DNA of 64,000 bases from Anaerohalosphaeraceae bacterium (GCA_050309605.1 JBNRMN010000073.1:14240-78239); one strand, 5' to 3'. Shown: positions 1 through 10,963, counted from the stretch's first letter. Notes: generated by a model not told the origin, from the letters alone. Made by a program: numbers and translations.

Positions 1-1114
1 CACGCAGCATATTGAAATGCGCCTCCTTCAATTGGGTCAGCCGCTGTTTGTAATCGGCCGGGGTGAGTGAGCCGGGAAACATCGACAGCGGAATCCATGA
101 AGCTCCTTTGATATAGACGGGTCGGTCGTTGACCTCAAAGCGAAACCCGCCGTCCGGGGCGTCTTTGCCCCGAAGAAGCCGAATGGTTCGTACGCCGACG
201 TCGGCTGAGTGCGTATCCAGAGGCGTGCCGTCCCGATCGCACAGTGAAATCTCCAGGTGATAGCAATGCGGCACCCCATAGCCGACCGGCTGCCAGAAAA
301 CAGGCCGTTCAATTCGGATCACGGCGGTATTCCGGCTCTCCTCGACCTCAAAATGCAGCGTCTGTTGCAGCATTTGCCCTGCGCCGCTGAGCGTGATTCG
401 TCCGGTCAACGGCCCGGCCTGTCGAGAGGCGGCTCGCCGAACGGCAACCGCCACACGCACATCGGCGTAATGTTCGTTGCAGTCAATGGTACGGATGTGA
501 ACGTCCTCGATGCGCGCCGTGTTCCAGGCTTCCAGCCGCACGGGACGATAAATGCCGCAACCCGGCAGCGCCGGCCCCAGTACCGAGCCGAACTGATATT
601 GAGCTTTGCGAATATAAGAACGCCGCGGATCGCCGTAGTGATGATCGCTCATCGCACCGTATCGCTGAAGCAGCCGTTCGGCGTAAGCCGTTGCCGAAAG
701 AAATTTCACCATCAGCGTGTTTCGCCCCGGATGCACACGATCCGAGACCGAAAAGCGATGCGGCATAAACATATTTTCCGTCTTGCCGATCAGTTTTTCG
801 TTGAACCAGATGTGCGTTACCGTATCCAGTCCATCAAAAACCAGATCGACTTCGTCGCAGTTGCAAACGTCCTCAGCCAGGTCAACGTGTTTACGGTAAA
901 CCCATGCCCGTTGCGCGACCCAGCCAAAATCTTCGGGATTGGCCTCCAGATCAAACCGACTGAAACAGCCCGCCTCCATCAGACCGGTATAAATGGACGA
1001 AGGAACCGATACGGACATCCAGCGCCCTTCCTCCAGATCGCGCATCCGTCGCGCCGCTTCGGGATATTCTTTACATTCCCAGCTTCCGCCTAAATCCAGC
1101 GTCCTTTTTTTCAT
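1..1114 (-). CDS. Glycoside hydrolase family 2 (beta-mannosidase-like), runs off the window start
   Basis: Manual translation from ATG at 1114: MKKRTLDLGGSW...VPSSIY...WVYRK...LVFDGLDT...NMFMPHRF...YIRKAQYQFG...LPGCGIYRPVRL, which are GH2 beta-mannosidase motifs. Not in the ORF track because it has no stop inside the window. Confidence 0.85.
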   Translation of the reverse strand, partial: MKKRTLDLGGSWECKEYPEAARRMRDLEEGRWMSVSVPSSIYTGLMEAGCFSRFDLEANPEDFGWVAQRAWVYRKHVDLAEDVCNCDEVDLVFDGLDTVTHIWFNEKLIGKTENMFMPHRFSVSDRVHPGRNTLMVKFLSATAYAERLLQRYGAMSDHHYGDPRRSYIRKAQYQFGSVLGPALPGCGIYRPVRLEAWNTARIEDVHIRTIDCNEHYADVRVAVAVRRAASRQAGPLTGRITLSGAGQMLQQTLHFEVEESRNTAVIRIERPVFWQPVGYGVPHCYHLEISLCDRDGTPLDTHSADVGVRTIRLLRGKDAPDGGFRFEVNDRPVYIKGASWIPLSMFPGSLTPADYKQRLTQLKEAHFNMLR

Positions 1115-1185
1115 GTTCAATAATCATTGTCTCAAGACAGCAAAGGAACCGATAACAGCCGAAGGGATTGACGAGCCGCCATCAC

Positions 1186-1833
1186 TCACAGCGGGCGTTC
1201 GGCAAAATCAGCGATCAGATTTTGAGAATGCTGATGCCACCGATCCGAGCCATGCCGCACAAAATAGTCAAACGATTCGTCGCCGGCCAGCCGACCGAGA
1301 ACCGCTTTGCGCTGGTCTGGATTGTCAATCGTCTGGATTGCCCGCCGGCGCGCCTGCTCCAGTGCATCAACAAACTGCCCGTGTGCCTCGGTAATCAGTT
1401 CTTCCAGTTTCTTGCGAAGATGCCCCGCGTACGCCGGACAGTGGCCGTCGGTGCTGATGGCAATCTGCAAATCGCCGCGTTTGACGACCGCCGGCACAAA
1501 GAAATCGCACAATTCCGGCTGATCGACCACATTGCACAAGGTTTCCAGTTCCTGGCAGTCTGCAAAAATTCGCCGGTTCAATTCCATATCCTCAGTTGCG
1601 GCAATGACGATTGTCGCACCGACCAGATACGCTTTCTCATAGGGGCTAAGCACCAGTTCCACGCGCGGCAGATGAAACGCCTCTTCCAGAATGGGCTGCA
1701 CCTGCTCGGCCACGACCGTCACACGCGCCCCGGCCTCCTGGAGCGACTGCACCTTGCGAGCCGCGACCGGCCCGGCACCAATGACCACCGCACGACGTCC
1801 ATTCATTTCGAGATAGATGGGGTATTTTGCCAT
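1186..1833 (-). CDS. Bifunctional precorrin-2 dehydrogenase/sirohydrochlorin ferrochelatase (CysG N-terminal/SirC/Met8-like)
   Basis: YPIYL...VVIGAGPVAARK Rossmann motif; CNVVDQPELCDFFVPAVVKRGDLQIAISTDG. Confidence 0.9.
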   Translation of the reverse strand: MAKYPIYLEMNGRRAVVIGAGPVAARKVQSLQEAGARVTVVAEQVQPILEEAFHLPRVELVLSPYEKAYLVGATIVIAATEDMELNRRIFADCQELETLCNVVDQPELCDFFVPAVVKRGDLQIAISTDGHCPAYAGHLRKKLEELITEAHGQFVDALEQARRRAIQTIDNPDQRKAVLGRLAGDESFDYFVRHGSDRWHQHSQNLIADFAERPL

Positions 1834-1981
1834 AACCATAGTCTATCACATTTAATGTCCGTTGACAATTTTATTATCTTTGGACTTACTATACACGAAA
1901 TAAAGCCATTCGGTGTATCCGTTCGAACCTACCGGCAACCGTTGTCTAATCAGTGCGGCAGTTGGAATTGAGGCCGGCCTA

Positions 1982-2824
1982 TCAATTGTCGGTCAGGGAT
2001 TTGTACCAGACGTTCATACTTTCGATTCGGCCGCAGATGTTGGTGTTATTGGTCAGCGTACCGGCAAACTGGTAGCCGTGTTTGGCAAACGTGATATTCA
2101 TCCCCGCTGACAGCGCCCGGGCGATGGTATAGCCGGTTTTGATGCCGCGGTCGCGCATATGCTGTTCCATCGTATCCAATAACTGTTGAGCCAGTCCCCG
2201 GCCGCGATAGTCCGGCAGAGTGGCAAAATCGGTCATTTCCGCGTTCTGGGCGGAGACATCCATCTCCGCCGAACCGGCCGCGACAAGACGCTCTTGATCA
2301 AAAGCCCCGAAATACTGCACATGCGAGGCCATCGTCTCCCGCAGATAGTCCGGCTCATGAATCGGAAACGGATAGCTCTCAAAAACCTGTTGATACACCT
2401 CTGCCAGTGCCTCGACGTCGTCTTCTTCCGCCGGGCGGATGGTCAGCGGTATGGCAGCCTGGTTTGTTTCGGGCAGGGCAGCCTTTGTTTCGGCCAGATC
2501 GATTATATCTTCGATTTTCTTTTGCGCCGGGTCAAGCTCACGCTGCGGGTCAATGTATTTGGCCAAAAAGACGCCGTCTGTGTCGCCGTGATAGAAACAG
2601 GGCACCACCGCCTCCTCAACATAATCGTGTGCTTCAAACAGTCCTTTGACCTGAAGCGGTGCTTTGGCAAAAATCTTGGAATAGTCCCGCTGCTCGGCCA
2701 GCGCATCGAGCTTGCCCAGCAGATCGGGCAAGTCCTGACCGCTGAGCTTCATCAGGTAAATCCGGTCGCTGATCGGCCCGTGCTGAACCAGTGAATGATC
2801 AATTTTTTCAATCGTGTCAAACAT
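1982..2824 (-). CDS. ablB: Putative beta-lysine N-acetyltransferase
   Basis: [64 protein letters not shown]; same operon as lysine 2,3-aminomutase; start placed at ATG 2824. Confidence 0.9.
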   Translation of the reverse strand: MFDTIEKIDHSLVQHGPISDRIYLMKLSGQDLPDLLGKLDALAEQRDYSKIFAKAPLQVKGLFEAHDYVEEAVVPCFYHGDTDGVFLAKYIDPQRELDPAQKKIEDIIDLAETKAALPETNQAAIPLTIRPAEEDDVEALAEVYQQVFESYPFPIHEPDYLRETMASHVQYFGAFDQERLVAAGSAEMDVSAQNAEMTDFATLPDYRGRGLAQQLLDTMEQHMRDRGIKTGYTIARALSAGMNITFAKHGYQFAGTLTNNTNICGRIESMNVWYKSLTDN

Positions 2825-4289
2825 CTTGATCTCCGCAGTGGTCTGTGGTTTTCGGATTTTTGAAAATGATGGATCCGAGGACAAATACAACGGCTGACAG
2901 TCCCATACCGAATACGACCGGATCCAACTCATACGGCAGCGGCAAACCGTCGTCCAAATGGGTTTGCAGTCCGATCAGCACCAGTGTCAATCCGCCGCCG
3001 GTGATCATTGCCAGCAACGCGCCGACGGAACTGGCGCCGCGCCAGAAATAAGCCCCCAGCGTCGGCACAAACAGCCCCGACACCAAAAAAGCGTAAGCGT
3101 ACAAAATCGCGTCCAGGACCGTTTGAAACCGTCCTGCCAGTATCACAGCGATAATGCCCAGTGCCAGCGTAACCGCCTGCGAAAGCCGAACAATCTGTTT
3201 ATGCGAGGCTCGAGGCATCAAATACCGCTGGATTAAGTCATTGACCAGATTGCCCGATGAGGCCATCAGGCAACTGTCGGCCGTGGACATAATAGCAGAA
3301 AAATAGGCCGCCGCGACAATGCCGGTGATCCCCACCGGCAGGATGTCGTTAATCAGCATCGGCAGGCCGCGTTCCCGGTCGGCAATATCCAGCTCCGGAT
3401 ACAGCGCCCGCGCACACATCCCCAAGAATACCCCCATAAACGCCATCACGGGATATTCAAACAGCCCGGCGATATACCATGCTTTGCGCGCCTCTTTGAC
3501 GCCTTTGCACGAAAACATCTGCTGATACAGCGTCATCCCGACCAGCCAGATCGGCACAATGGTGACAAACCAGTTGATAAACGTCACCGGTTTGATATGG
3601 GTCAGTGAAAAGAAGTTCGGCGGCAGCGCTTCGCGCAGTGCATCGATGCCGCCGATTTCACGCACCGCCAAAGGAATTGCCAAAAAAATCAAGCCGAACA
3701 GCAAAATAAGCCATTGCACAAAGTCGGTATAAATAACCGCCTTGATGCCGCCCATGACCGTATAAATGACGATAATGGCCCCCATCGCACAGAGTGCAAA
3801 CGTAAATGAGTCCATTCCGAACGGCGCCACATTGCGCAGGGCCGTTTCCGAGGCCAGCTTGGCCCCGGCCAGAATTTGTCCGCCGGTAAACAGCAGATAC
3901 CCGCCGCCGGAAATCAGCGCTGCCAGCAGTGCTACCCGACCATCGTACCGCTGTCGAAGAAAATCCGGATACGTCAGCATCTGATGCTTGACGTCCAGTT
4001 TCTTGATCCGCGGAATAATAAACACCGCGCTGAGCCACGCCCCGGCAAGTCCCGTAAACAGCAGCCAGCTTCCCGACAGGCCCATCAGGAATCCAACGCC
4101 GCCCAGTCCGATGGAAAACCCGCCCCCCACATCGGTGGCAACAATCGACAGGCCCAGCACCGTCGGCGGAATTCGCCGCCCACCGACATAATAGTCGTCG
4201 GCGCAGCGGTTGCGTCGGAAATGGTAGTAACCGATTCCCAGCAATCCCGCCATATACAGGATAAACAAGATGTAATCGAATGGATGCAT
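2817..4289 (-). CDS. Sodium:solute symporter (SSS family)
   Basis: Multi-[37 protein letters not shown] motifs. Confidence 0.92.
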   Translation of the reverse strand: MHPFDYILFILYMAGLLGIGYYHFRRNRCADDYYVGGRRIPPTVLGLSIVATDVGGGFSIGLGGVGFLMGLSGSWLLFTGLAGAWLSAVFIIPRIKKLDVKHQMLTYPDFLRQRYDGRVALLAALISGGGYLLFTGGQILAGAKLASETALRNVAPFGMDSFTFALCAMGAIIVIYTVMGGIKAVIYTDFVQWLILLFGLIFLAIPLAVREIGGIDALREALPPNFFSLTHIKPVTFINWFVTIVPIWLVGMTLYQQMFSCKGVKEARKAWYIAGLFEYPVMAFMGVFLGMCARALYPELDIADRERGLPMLINDILPVGITGIVAAAYFSAIMSTADSCLMASSGNLVNDLIQRYLMPRASHKQIVRLSQAVTLALGIIAVILAGRFQTVLDAILYAYAFLVSGLFVPTLGAYFWRGASSVGALLAMITGGGLTLVLIGLQTHLDDGLPLPYELDPVVFGMGLSAVVFVLGSIIFKNPKTTDHCGDQDV

Positions 4290-4295
4290 TGGAGT

Positions 4296-5609
4296 TTATT
4301 GACCGTTGCGCCGCTGATGCCGTTCGTTGGAGGCCGGAACCAGCGATATTGCCTTATCGTAGTCGGCCAGCAGTTTGTGAATGCCCACTGCCTTCCACTC
4401 GTCGGCGCCTTCCAGCTTGAGCGTCAAATGGCAGTTTGAGCAATTTCGATCGCAAAAATACTTCGCGTAAGAATCCGGCTCCTGATACGTCGTGATAACC
4501 CCCTCAAAGTTGCGCAAAATCACCTTATTGGTGGACCAGCTCACAATGTAGTTGGGCAGGACGGGAATTTTGCCCCCGCCGCCGGGCGCATCTACCACAT
4601 AAGTCGGACGGGCAAAACCGCTCGTATGGCCGATCAGGCTTTCCATGATCTCGATGCCCTTGCCGATAGGCGTGCGGAAATGGGCCAGTCCCTCGGATAA
4701 ATCGCACTGATACAGATAATACGGACGCACACGATTGATCACCAGCTTATGCATCAGAGATTTAATAATCCGCGGGCAGTCGTTCACGCCTGCCAGCAGG
4801 ACCGATTGATTGCCCAGCGGGATACCCGCATCGGCCAGTTTGGCCAGCGCCTCGGATGACGAGCGGGTGATCTCACGCGGGTGATTGAAATGCGTATTCA
4901 GCCACAGCGGATGGTGCTTTTTGAGCATTTGAACCAGATCGTCCGTGATGCGATAGGGCAGTACCACCGGCATACGTGAACCGATACGAATGATTTCCAG
5001 ATGCTCAATCGACCGAAGCTCGGTCAAAATCCAGTCCAGATACTCATCCGAGAGCATCAGCGGATCGCCGCCGCTGAGCAGCACATCCCGCACCCGAGGC
5101 GTGTTGCGGATATAGTCGATGCCGGCCTGGATGGTCTCTTTATCGGGGATAAAATCCACGTCCCCGACCCGGCGTTTGCGTGTGCAATGGCGGCAGTACA
5201 TCGAGCAGATGTTGCTGACCAGAAACAGCACGCGATCCGGATACCGATGTGTAATGCCCGGCGCCGGACTGTCTTTGTCCTCGCTGAGCGGATCGGCCAT
5301 TTCGCTGGTGCAGGTGTCCAGTTCATAGGGCATCGGAAACGCCTGCTTGAAAACCGGATCATTCTGCATCTCTTCAATATCGATCAGCGACAGATAGTAC
5401 GGCGTAATGGCAATCGGGAACCGCGCGGCGGTTTCCTCGATCTGACGCCGCTCCTCCGGCTCAAATTCGACGCCAAGCAAATTTTCAAACGTTTCAATAT
5501 CGCGTATCTGGTGGCGAAGCTGCCACTTCCAGTCGCGCCATTGGCTGATACCGGCCGGATCATCAATTTTGCCGAATATGTCTTTTTGGCGTTTCGTAAG
5601 ATGTATCAT
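4296..5609 (-). CDS. ablA: Lysine 2,3-aminomutase (radical SAM/PLP)
   Basis: [25 protein letters not shown] (CxxxCxxC), [11 protein letters not shown] (PLP Lys), C-terminal [16 protein letters not shown] before ATG 5609. Confidence 0.95.
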   Translation of the reverse strand: MIHLTKRQKDIFGKIDDPAGISQWRDWKWQLRHQIRDIETFENLLGVEFEPEERRQIEETAARFPIAITPYYLSLIDIEEMQNDPVFKQAFPMPYELDTCTSEMADPLSEDKDSPAPGITHRYPDRVLFLVSNICSMYCRHCTRKRRVGDVDFIPDKETIQAGIDYIRNTPRVRDVLLSGGDPLMLSDEYLDWILTELRSIEHLEIIRIGSRMPVVLPYRITDDLVQMLKKHHPLWLNTHFNHPREITRSSSEALAKLADAGIPLGNQSVLLAGVNDCPRIIKSLMHKLVINRVRPYYLYQCDLSEGLAHFRTPIGKGIEIMESLIGHTSGFARPTYVVDAPGGGGKIPVLPNYIVSWSTNKVILRNFEGVITTYQEPDSYAKYFCDRNCSNCHLTLKLEGADEWKAVGIHKLLADYDKAISLVPASNERHQRRNGQ

Positions 5610-5672
5610 ACTATCTCTCCTGTCAAAGGATTTTAAGATTGAAACTGCACAACTTAACAACAAACCGTTGAC

Positions 5673-6161
5673 TTAACGGTCAGCAAGGGCGTCGAGTGCC
5701 ATCAACTCAACCACGGTATCCAGTGCGCGGGCGATGGCAATCTGTTCCGATTCCGGCAGAGCAGCCAGACGCTCGGCAAAAGCCTGATGCAGCAATTTGT
5801 GTGCATTGCCCACAAGCTCAATGCCAAGCGATGTCGGCTCAAGCCAGACTTTGCGGCGATCGTCGCGGTCGCGACGCCGCTGAATCAGCGATTTGGCCTC
5901 CAGTCGGTCGATAATACCGTTAACTGTCCCGCCGCTGAGACTCAACTGCTTGCTGACGCCGGACAGCGTAGTCGGCGAATTCTTTGAGATATAATAGAGG
6001 CACAAAAGCTGCGGCCCCGTGATGTTGTAGTCCACTGCCAGCTTGCGCGAATGCGTGTCCATGGCGTGAGCGATTCGACGCAGCGCAAGCAGAATACGGT
6101 AGCCGACGCCAACATAAAAATCATCACCAGTCAACAATATCTGTTTTTCTGTGTTTATCAC
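5673..6161 (-). CDS. MarR family transcriptional regulator
   Basis: ITGPQLLCL...LSLSGGTVNGIIDRLEAKSLIQRRRDRDDRRKVWLEPT wHTH. Confidence 0.9.
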   Translation of the reverse strand: MINTEKQILLTGDDFYVGVGYRILLALRRIAHAMDTHSRKLAVDYNITGPQLLCLYYISKNSPTTLSGVSKQLSLSGGTVNGIIDRLEAKSLIQRRRDRDDRRKVWLEPTSLGIELVGNAHKLLHQAFAERLAALPESEQIAIARALDTVVELMALDALADR

Positions 6162-6216
6162 GTTTTCCTAAAAATCTAATAATAGTTGAAAAAGCGGCGA
6201 CAAATACTTCTAACAA

Positions 6217-6249
6217 GAAACATTCTAATCGAAAATTGTTTCCTGTCAA
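6217..6249 (-). promoter_or_regulatory. Sigma70-type promoter of the marR-abl operon with an overlapping inverted repeat (candidate MarR operator)
   Basis: Minus strand TTGACA-N16-TAGAAT (6249-6222); imperfect inverted repeat GAAACATT...ATTGTTTC at 6217-6242. Confidence 0.55.
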
Positions 6250-6378
6250 GCTTTTTTTTTATCAATCGATCTTGTTTTTTCTCCGTAACACAATATAATA
6301 GCGTCAGATACATTCAAAATACACGAGCCGCATTCGAGTCGCTAATGACACTTTTGAAAGGATATAGGTGAGTTTGTG

Positions 6379-7335
6379 ATGAACGATGGAATGGAACAGC
6401 TCAATGAATGGATGTGGAGTTACCGGGCGGCGCGGGTAGTACACGTGCTGGCGGGGCTGAAGGTCTTTACGCGGCTGGAACAGGAACCGATGACGGCAGA
6501 GGCGTTGGCCTCGGCCTTCGACGTCGAGGCTGGATTGCTCGAAAAGCTGCTGATTGCGGGCACGGCAATGGGACTGCTGAAAAAAGACGACTCTGCGTAT
6601 CTCAATACCCCCCTGAGCAGCGACTATCTCGTCGAAGGCAAGCCGCTGTATCAGGGTCATATCATTGCCCATGCGGCCAATGTGTGGGAGGTCTGGACGG
6701 AACTGCCGGCCAAGGTCGGTCTCCAAACGGCTGAACAACAGAACACCGATTCCCATCAAAACTTCATCCTCGGAATGCACAACATCACGATGGCCGGGCG
6801 AGGTTCACTGTTTCTGGAGGCGGTTGACCTGTCGGGTCGAAAGTCGCTGCTGGATGTCGGCGGGGGGCCGGGAACCTATTCAATTTTAGCCTGCCGACAC
6901 TATCCCGACTTAAAGTCCACCGTTTTCGACTTACCTGAAACCATCGCGATTGCCCAAACCGTCATCGCCCAACACGGTTTGTCCGAGCGCATCGCAGTGC
7001 GCCGGGGAAGTTGGGACAAGGACGAGTTCGGGCAAGGTTATGACGCGGCGCTGTTGTCCAACGTCCTGCACGGCCCGACAAGTCAGGCCGGAATGAAACT
7101 GCAAAAGACATTTTCAGCTCTCCGGCCGGGCGGCCTGCTGGCGGTGCAGGAATTTTTGCTCACCGACGACAAAACCGGGCCGCTGATTCCGGCATTGTTT
7201 AATGTGATGGTCGGTGCCTACAGTCGGGACGAGTTGACCGCAGAAATCGAACGCGCCGGTTTCACAGATGTTCGTCTTGCCGCCCGCAACGACGCGGTTG
7301 GCGGCGCGTGGCTAACAGCCGCCAAACCCGCTTAA
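6379..7335 (+). CDS. SAM-dependent O-methyltransferase (class I, with dimerisation domain)
   Basis: LLDVGGGPG, TVFDLP, LSNVLH, LRPGG motifs. Confidence 0.88.
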   Translation: MNDGMEQLNEWMWSYRAARVVHVLAGLKVFTRLEQEPMTAEALASAFDVEAGLLEKLLIAGTAMGLLKKDDSAYLNTPLSSDYLVEGKPLYQGHIIAHAANVWEVWTELPAKVGLQTAEQQNTDSHQNFILGMHNITMAGRGSLFLEAVDLSGRKSLLDVGGGPGTYSILACRHYPDLKSTVFDLPETIAIAQTVIAQHGLSERIAVRRGSWDKDEFGQGYDAALLSNVLHGPTSQAGMKLQKTFSALRPGGLLAVQEFLLTDDKTGPLIPALFNVMVGAYSRDELTAEIERAGFTDVRLAARNDAVGGAWLTAAKPA

Positions 7336-7404
7336 ATCACAGCCAAAGCCCAAAAACTTCGGAAAGGTCTTGTCCGTTGAGGTGTTCGGTTTTACAATGC
7401 CGCC

Positions 7405-8373
7405 ATGGTCATCTTGGCGGGAATTGATGAGGCCGGTTACGGACCGCTGTTGGGTCCCCTGGTGGTATCGGTGGCGGCACTGGAAATGCCCGAACGCTTG
7501 CTGCGCGCTGATTTGTGGGAGCTGTTGGGCAAGGCCGTCGCAAAAGAAAAAAAGCATCTCAAGGGCCGCCTGCTCATCACCGACAGCAAAAAGGCCTATA
7601 CTCCTTCAAGCGGTCTGGCCCATTTGCGCCGGACGGTATTATCGTGTCTGGCTGCGTCAGACCCAGACAGTTTGTCCCCTGAAACCGCCGGTCAACTGCT
7701 TTGCCGGCTTTGTCCGGACGCAGCGGGTCGATTGACGGCCTATCCCTGGCATCTCAATCTGGACCGCCTGCCGCTGGGGGACAACCCGCAGGCCGTCCGG
7801 GTTGCTGCGTCGGTTCTGGATAAAACACTGGCCGAACACGATATACGCCTACACACGCTTGCCGCCCGTTGTCTCGATGTTGGTTTTTATAATCAGCGGG
7901 TCGCCGCCGTTCGCAATAAATCCCGTGTTCTGTTCGGCGAGCTGTGCGGCCTGATCAGCGATCTGGTTTGCGGCGACGGTCCGGAGTCGTTCCAGTTCAT
8001 CATCGATCGGCAGGGCGGACGGGTCCGTTATGAACAGGAATTGCTTCGCATGTTCCCGCAGGCCCGTCTGGTCGTGATTCGGCAGGACGAGAAAATAAGT
8101 TCCTACGAAATGGGTATTCAAAACAAACAAATTCGCCTTCACTTTGCCGCCGGCGCTGACGGACGCTTCCTGCCGGTTTGTCTGGCTTCGATGCTCAGCA
8201 AATATATCCGCGAAGTGGTGATGCAATCCCAAAACGCCTATTTCCTGGACCTGTGCCACTCCCTCAAACCCACCGCCGGCTACTGGCAGGACGGCCAACG
8301 CTTCATCCGCGATCTCTCGGAAAAACTTCCGGATTTTACCTTCGAATCCCAACAGCTCATCCGCTCCCTCTAA
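7405..8373 (+). CDS. Ribonuclease HII-like protein (long variant with insertion)
   Basis: AGIDEAGYGPLLGPLVV, DSKK, IDRQGGR, ASMLSKYIRE. Confidence 0.75.
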   Translation: MVILAGIDEAGYGPLLGPLVVSVAALEMPERLLRADLWELLGKAVAKEKKHLKGRLLITDSKKAYTPSSGLAHLRRTVLSCLAASDPDSLSPETAGQLLCRLCPDAAGRLTAYPWHLNLDRLPLGDNPQAVRVAASVLDKTLAEHDIRLHTLAARCLDVGFYNQRVAAVRNKSRVLFGELCGLISDLVCGDGPESFQFIIDRQGGRVRYEQELLRMFPQARLVVIRQDEKISSYEMGIQNKQIRLHFAAGADGRFLPVCLASMLSKYIREVVMQSQNAYFLDLCHSLKPTAGYWQDGQRFIRDLSEKLPDFTFESQQLIRSL

Positions 8374-8637
8374 AACCGATGGTCGATTCCGAAACAACAG
8401 GGGCAGGCCTGCGTATCCGCCTTAAAAACGTTCATAGGTGCATCGTTTTTTCGAAAATGCTGATTTTTTCCGTCAACAAGAAGGCATGTCATGTCAAAAA
8501 TATGTAATTTTTCGGGTTTGCGGGTTGCCAAAAAATTTTTGAAAAATCGTTCGGTTTTTGTTAGGTTTTTTTGACGGAATGCCGATAATCTAACAGACAG
8601 AGGTTTTGGATGGACCCAAAATTAAGGAATCCGTACG

Positions 8638-9171
8638 ATGGAACGAGAACATTCAGACATGAGCAAGTTGCCTTTATGCCGATTCGGCCCGGGCGGTGAT
8701 TTCGTCCACAACTGGCACGGCGCGCCGAACGAATCAGCCGAGCAGGCCCCCGGTACGCCATTGACCGGCGTACTGACGACGATTGCCGGGCTGCTGGGCG
8801 TAACGGTGCAGCCGGAGCTGCTGACGGAGATTGCCTGTATTCTGCCCGCCGACGCGGCCAAACAGGATCAGCCCGCTTCAGTGGATCACAAACAGGAGAG
8901 TACGTGCAATGACTTACCCCGACCGACCGATCGACATCACGCCGCGTCAACTGGACGTCCTGGCACAAATCGCGGCCTTTCAAAGCAGCCGCTGCTATTC
9001 AGCGACGATTGGGGAGTTGGCCGAGGCGCTCAACATAAGCCGACCCACCGCGTTCGAACACGTCGCCGGCCTGCGCGAAAAAAAGCTGATTACGCAGTCG
9101 AACGGCAGGGCACGCTCTTTGCGCTTAACGGCAAAGGGAAAACGCCTCATCGACAGGGTTCGGCGGCTTAA
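8638..9171 (+). CDS. Hypothetical protein overlapping the 5' part of lexA in another frame
   Basis: TAAGGA RBS before ATG 8638; fills the otherwise empty region upstream of lexA; no recognisable domain. Confidence 0.4.
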   Translation: MEREHSDMSKLPLCRFGPGGDFVHNWHGAPNESAEQAPGTPLTGVLTTIAGLLGVTVQPELLTEIACILPADAAKQDQPASVDHKQESTCNDLPRPTDRHHAASTGRPGTNRGLSKQPLLFSDDWGVGRGAQHKPTHRVRTRRRPARKKADYAVERQGTLFALNGKGKTPHRQGSAA

Positions 9172-9592
9172 ATCCCGACCGACACCGCCCCCCGCGGCTG
9201 GGTCGAATCCGGAGCAGTCTCCGTGGCTTGTGGCCGGACGCATCAGCGCGGGTTACGGCATCGAGGCGATTGAGAATCCTCAATTATTTTCTGTGACGTC
9301 GTTTTTGGGCAGTGGACACGGCGAGTTTCTGCTCCAGGTTGTCGGCAGCAGCATGATCGATGCGGGCATATACGACGGAGATTATATTGTATGTCGTCCT
9401 TCTGCTGCTGCGGATAACGGCCAAATCGTCGTTGCCTTGCTGAGAGATCAGACCGCGACGGTGAAGCGTTTTTATAAAACTCGAAAGGCGGTACGGCTTC
9501 AACCGGCCAATGACGCCTTTGAGCCGATTATGGCGACCGATTGCATCATCCAGGCCATTGTTACCGGCGTTATTCGCAGACTCACTCACTGA
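8909..9592 (+). CDS. lexA: SOS repressor LexA
   Basis: TPRQLDVL...ATIGELAEAL wHTH; AG cleavage site (RISAGYG); GSSM catalytic Ser; ATVKRF catalytic Lys; AGGAGA RBS. Confidence 0.92.
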   Translation: MTYPDRPIDITPRQLDVLAQIAAFQSSRCYSATIGELAEALNISRPTAFEHVAGLREKKLITQSNGRARSLRLTAKGKRLIDRVRRLKSRPTPPPAAGSNPEQSPWLVAGRISAGYGIEAIENPQLFSVTSFLGSGHGEFLLQVVGSSMIDAGIYDGDYIVCRPSAAADNGQIVVALLRDQTATVKRFYKTRKAVRLQPANDAFEPIMATDCIIQAIVTGVIRRLTH

Positions 9593-9604
9593 CAAGGAAA
9601 GACC

Positions 9605-10441
9605 ATGCCCAGACCCGCTGTACAACCCGATGACGGTATTCTTGTGGTTCAGAATCTGACCAAACGATTCGGCCGGGCGCTGGTGCTCGACGGCATTTCA
9701 ATGGCCATCGAGGAGGGCAAGACCACCGCCGTCATCGGCCCCAGCGGCTGCGGCAAGACGGTTTTTATGAAACATCTGATCGTGCTCGAACGCCCGACTG
9801 AAGGGAGGGTCTTTTTCCGCGGACAGCGGATGGACCAACTGGACGAAAAAGAGCTGGCCGGTATTCGCACCCGTTTTGGATTTTGTTTTCAGATGAGTGC
9901 CTTGTTTGACAGTCTGACCGTCTATGAGAATATCGTGTTCCCTGTTCGCCAGCATGTCAAAGCGATCAATGAAAAAGCCCTTGATGAGCTGGTCAAGCAG
10001 AAACTGGCGATGGTCGGCATGGACGGGTATCAGCAGCATTATCCGGCCGAGCTGTCCGGCGGACAGCGAAAGCGCGTCGCCCTGGCGCGGGCGATTGCCC
10101 TTAATCCCGAAGTCATTCTGTACGATGAGCCGACCACCGGTCTGGATCCTATCACGTCGGATGTCATTAATGAATTGATCATAAAACTTCAAAGAGAGCT
10201 GAAGATAACCAGTGTCGTGGTTACTCATGATATGAATAGCGCCTACAAAATCGCCGACCGCATTGTGATGCTGCACAAGGGAAAAATCATTGCCGACGGC
10301 GACGCCGAGCACATCCGCAACCATCCCAACGACCTGGTCCAGCAGTTCATTCAGGGCAAAGTCGGTCAGGCCGAGCTGGCGGCCCTTCGACTGGGCGGTA
10401 CCCGACTGGAAACCCAGTTCACGCCGGACGATTTCCGCTAA
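9605..10441 (+). CDS. ABC transporter ATP-binding protein (MlaF/Ttg2A-like)
   Basis: GPSGCGKT, FQMSALFDSLTVYEN, LSGGQRKRV, LYDEPTTGLDP, VVTHD. Confidence 0.88.
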   Translation: MPRPAVQPDDGILVVQNLTKRFGRALVLDGISMAIEEGKTTAVIGPSGCGKTVFMKHLIVLERPTEGRVFFRGQRMDQLDEKELAGIRTRFGFCFQMSALFDSLTVYENIVFPVRQHVKAINEKALDELVKQKLAMVGMDGYQQHYPAELSGGQRKRVALARAIALNPEVILYDEPTTGLDPITSDVINELIIKLQRELKITSVVVTHDMNSAYKIADRIVMLHKGKIIADGDAEHIRNHPNDLVQQFIQGKVGQAELAALRLGGTRLETQFTPDDFR

Positions 10442-10548
10442 TTGATTGATAACCGTCCACCGTTTTTGGAAACATTCAAATGATGAGCCGCCTCATCGAC
10501 TTGTCGAGAAACCGCACAAGACGGGCCAGGCCGTGAGAAAGCAATGCG

Positions 10549-10935
10549 TCAGCGTATGTCGATGCGATAGTCCTGTTCAAAGACTGTATCAAAATCAAAG
10601 ACATTGTCAAAATCGTCGATGGTGTCGGTTTCCTGCGAGGTCATCCATTCGTGCGCGATCATTAAATAGACAATCTCGCCGAAATCCCGCGTTTGGCGCA
10701 CGCCCCATTGGGCCAGCACCATATTGGCCAGACGCCCCCATCGCTGCATCGCCAGGTCCGCCAGTCCCCAGGCCAGTTCCTGACCGGTAATATGTCGGGG
10801 ATGCTCGGCGTCTTCATTTTGCCGCAGTTTCTCAATCGTCCCGGCCAGCCCCTCATACACAAACTTCAGCGCCCGCACATCGTATCGTCCGTCGGTCCGT
10901 GCAATCTCTTCCAGCGTTTCTTTCATCGCACTCAT
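10549..10935 (-). CDS. Verrucomicrobia/Planctomycetes-restricted conserved protein (Minf_1886 family)
   Basis: DGRY..A..FV.EGL...RHITGQEL...WG..A..VL..WGVR.TRDFGEIVY.MI pattern. Confidence 0.75.
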   Translation of the reverse strand: MSAMKETLEEIARTDGRYDVRALKFVYEGLAGTIEKLRQNEDAEHPRHITGQELAWGLADLAMQRWGRLANMVLAQWGVRQTRDFGEIVYLMIAHEWMTSQETDTIDDFDNVFDFDTVFEQDYRIDIR

Positions 10936-10963
10936 CCTGCACACTCTGACTTCAGAATACCGA

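Noticed and set aside
257..1093. 278-aa plus-strand ORF
   Set aside because: Antisense shadow of the GH2 gene, which has clear family motifs on the minus strand.
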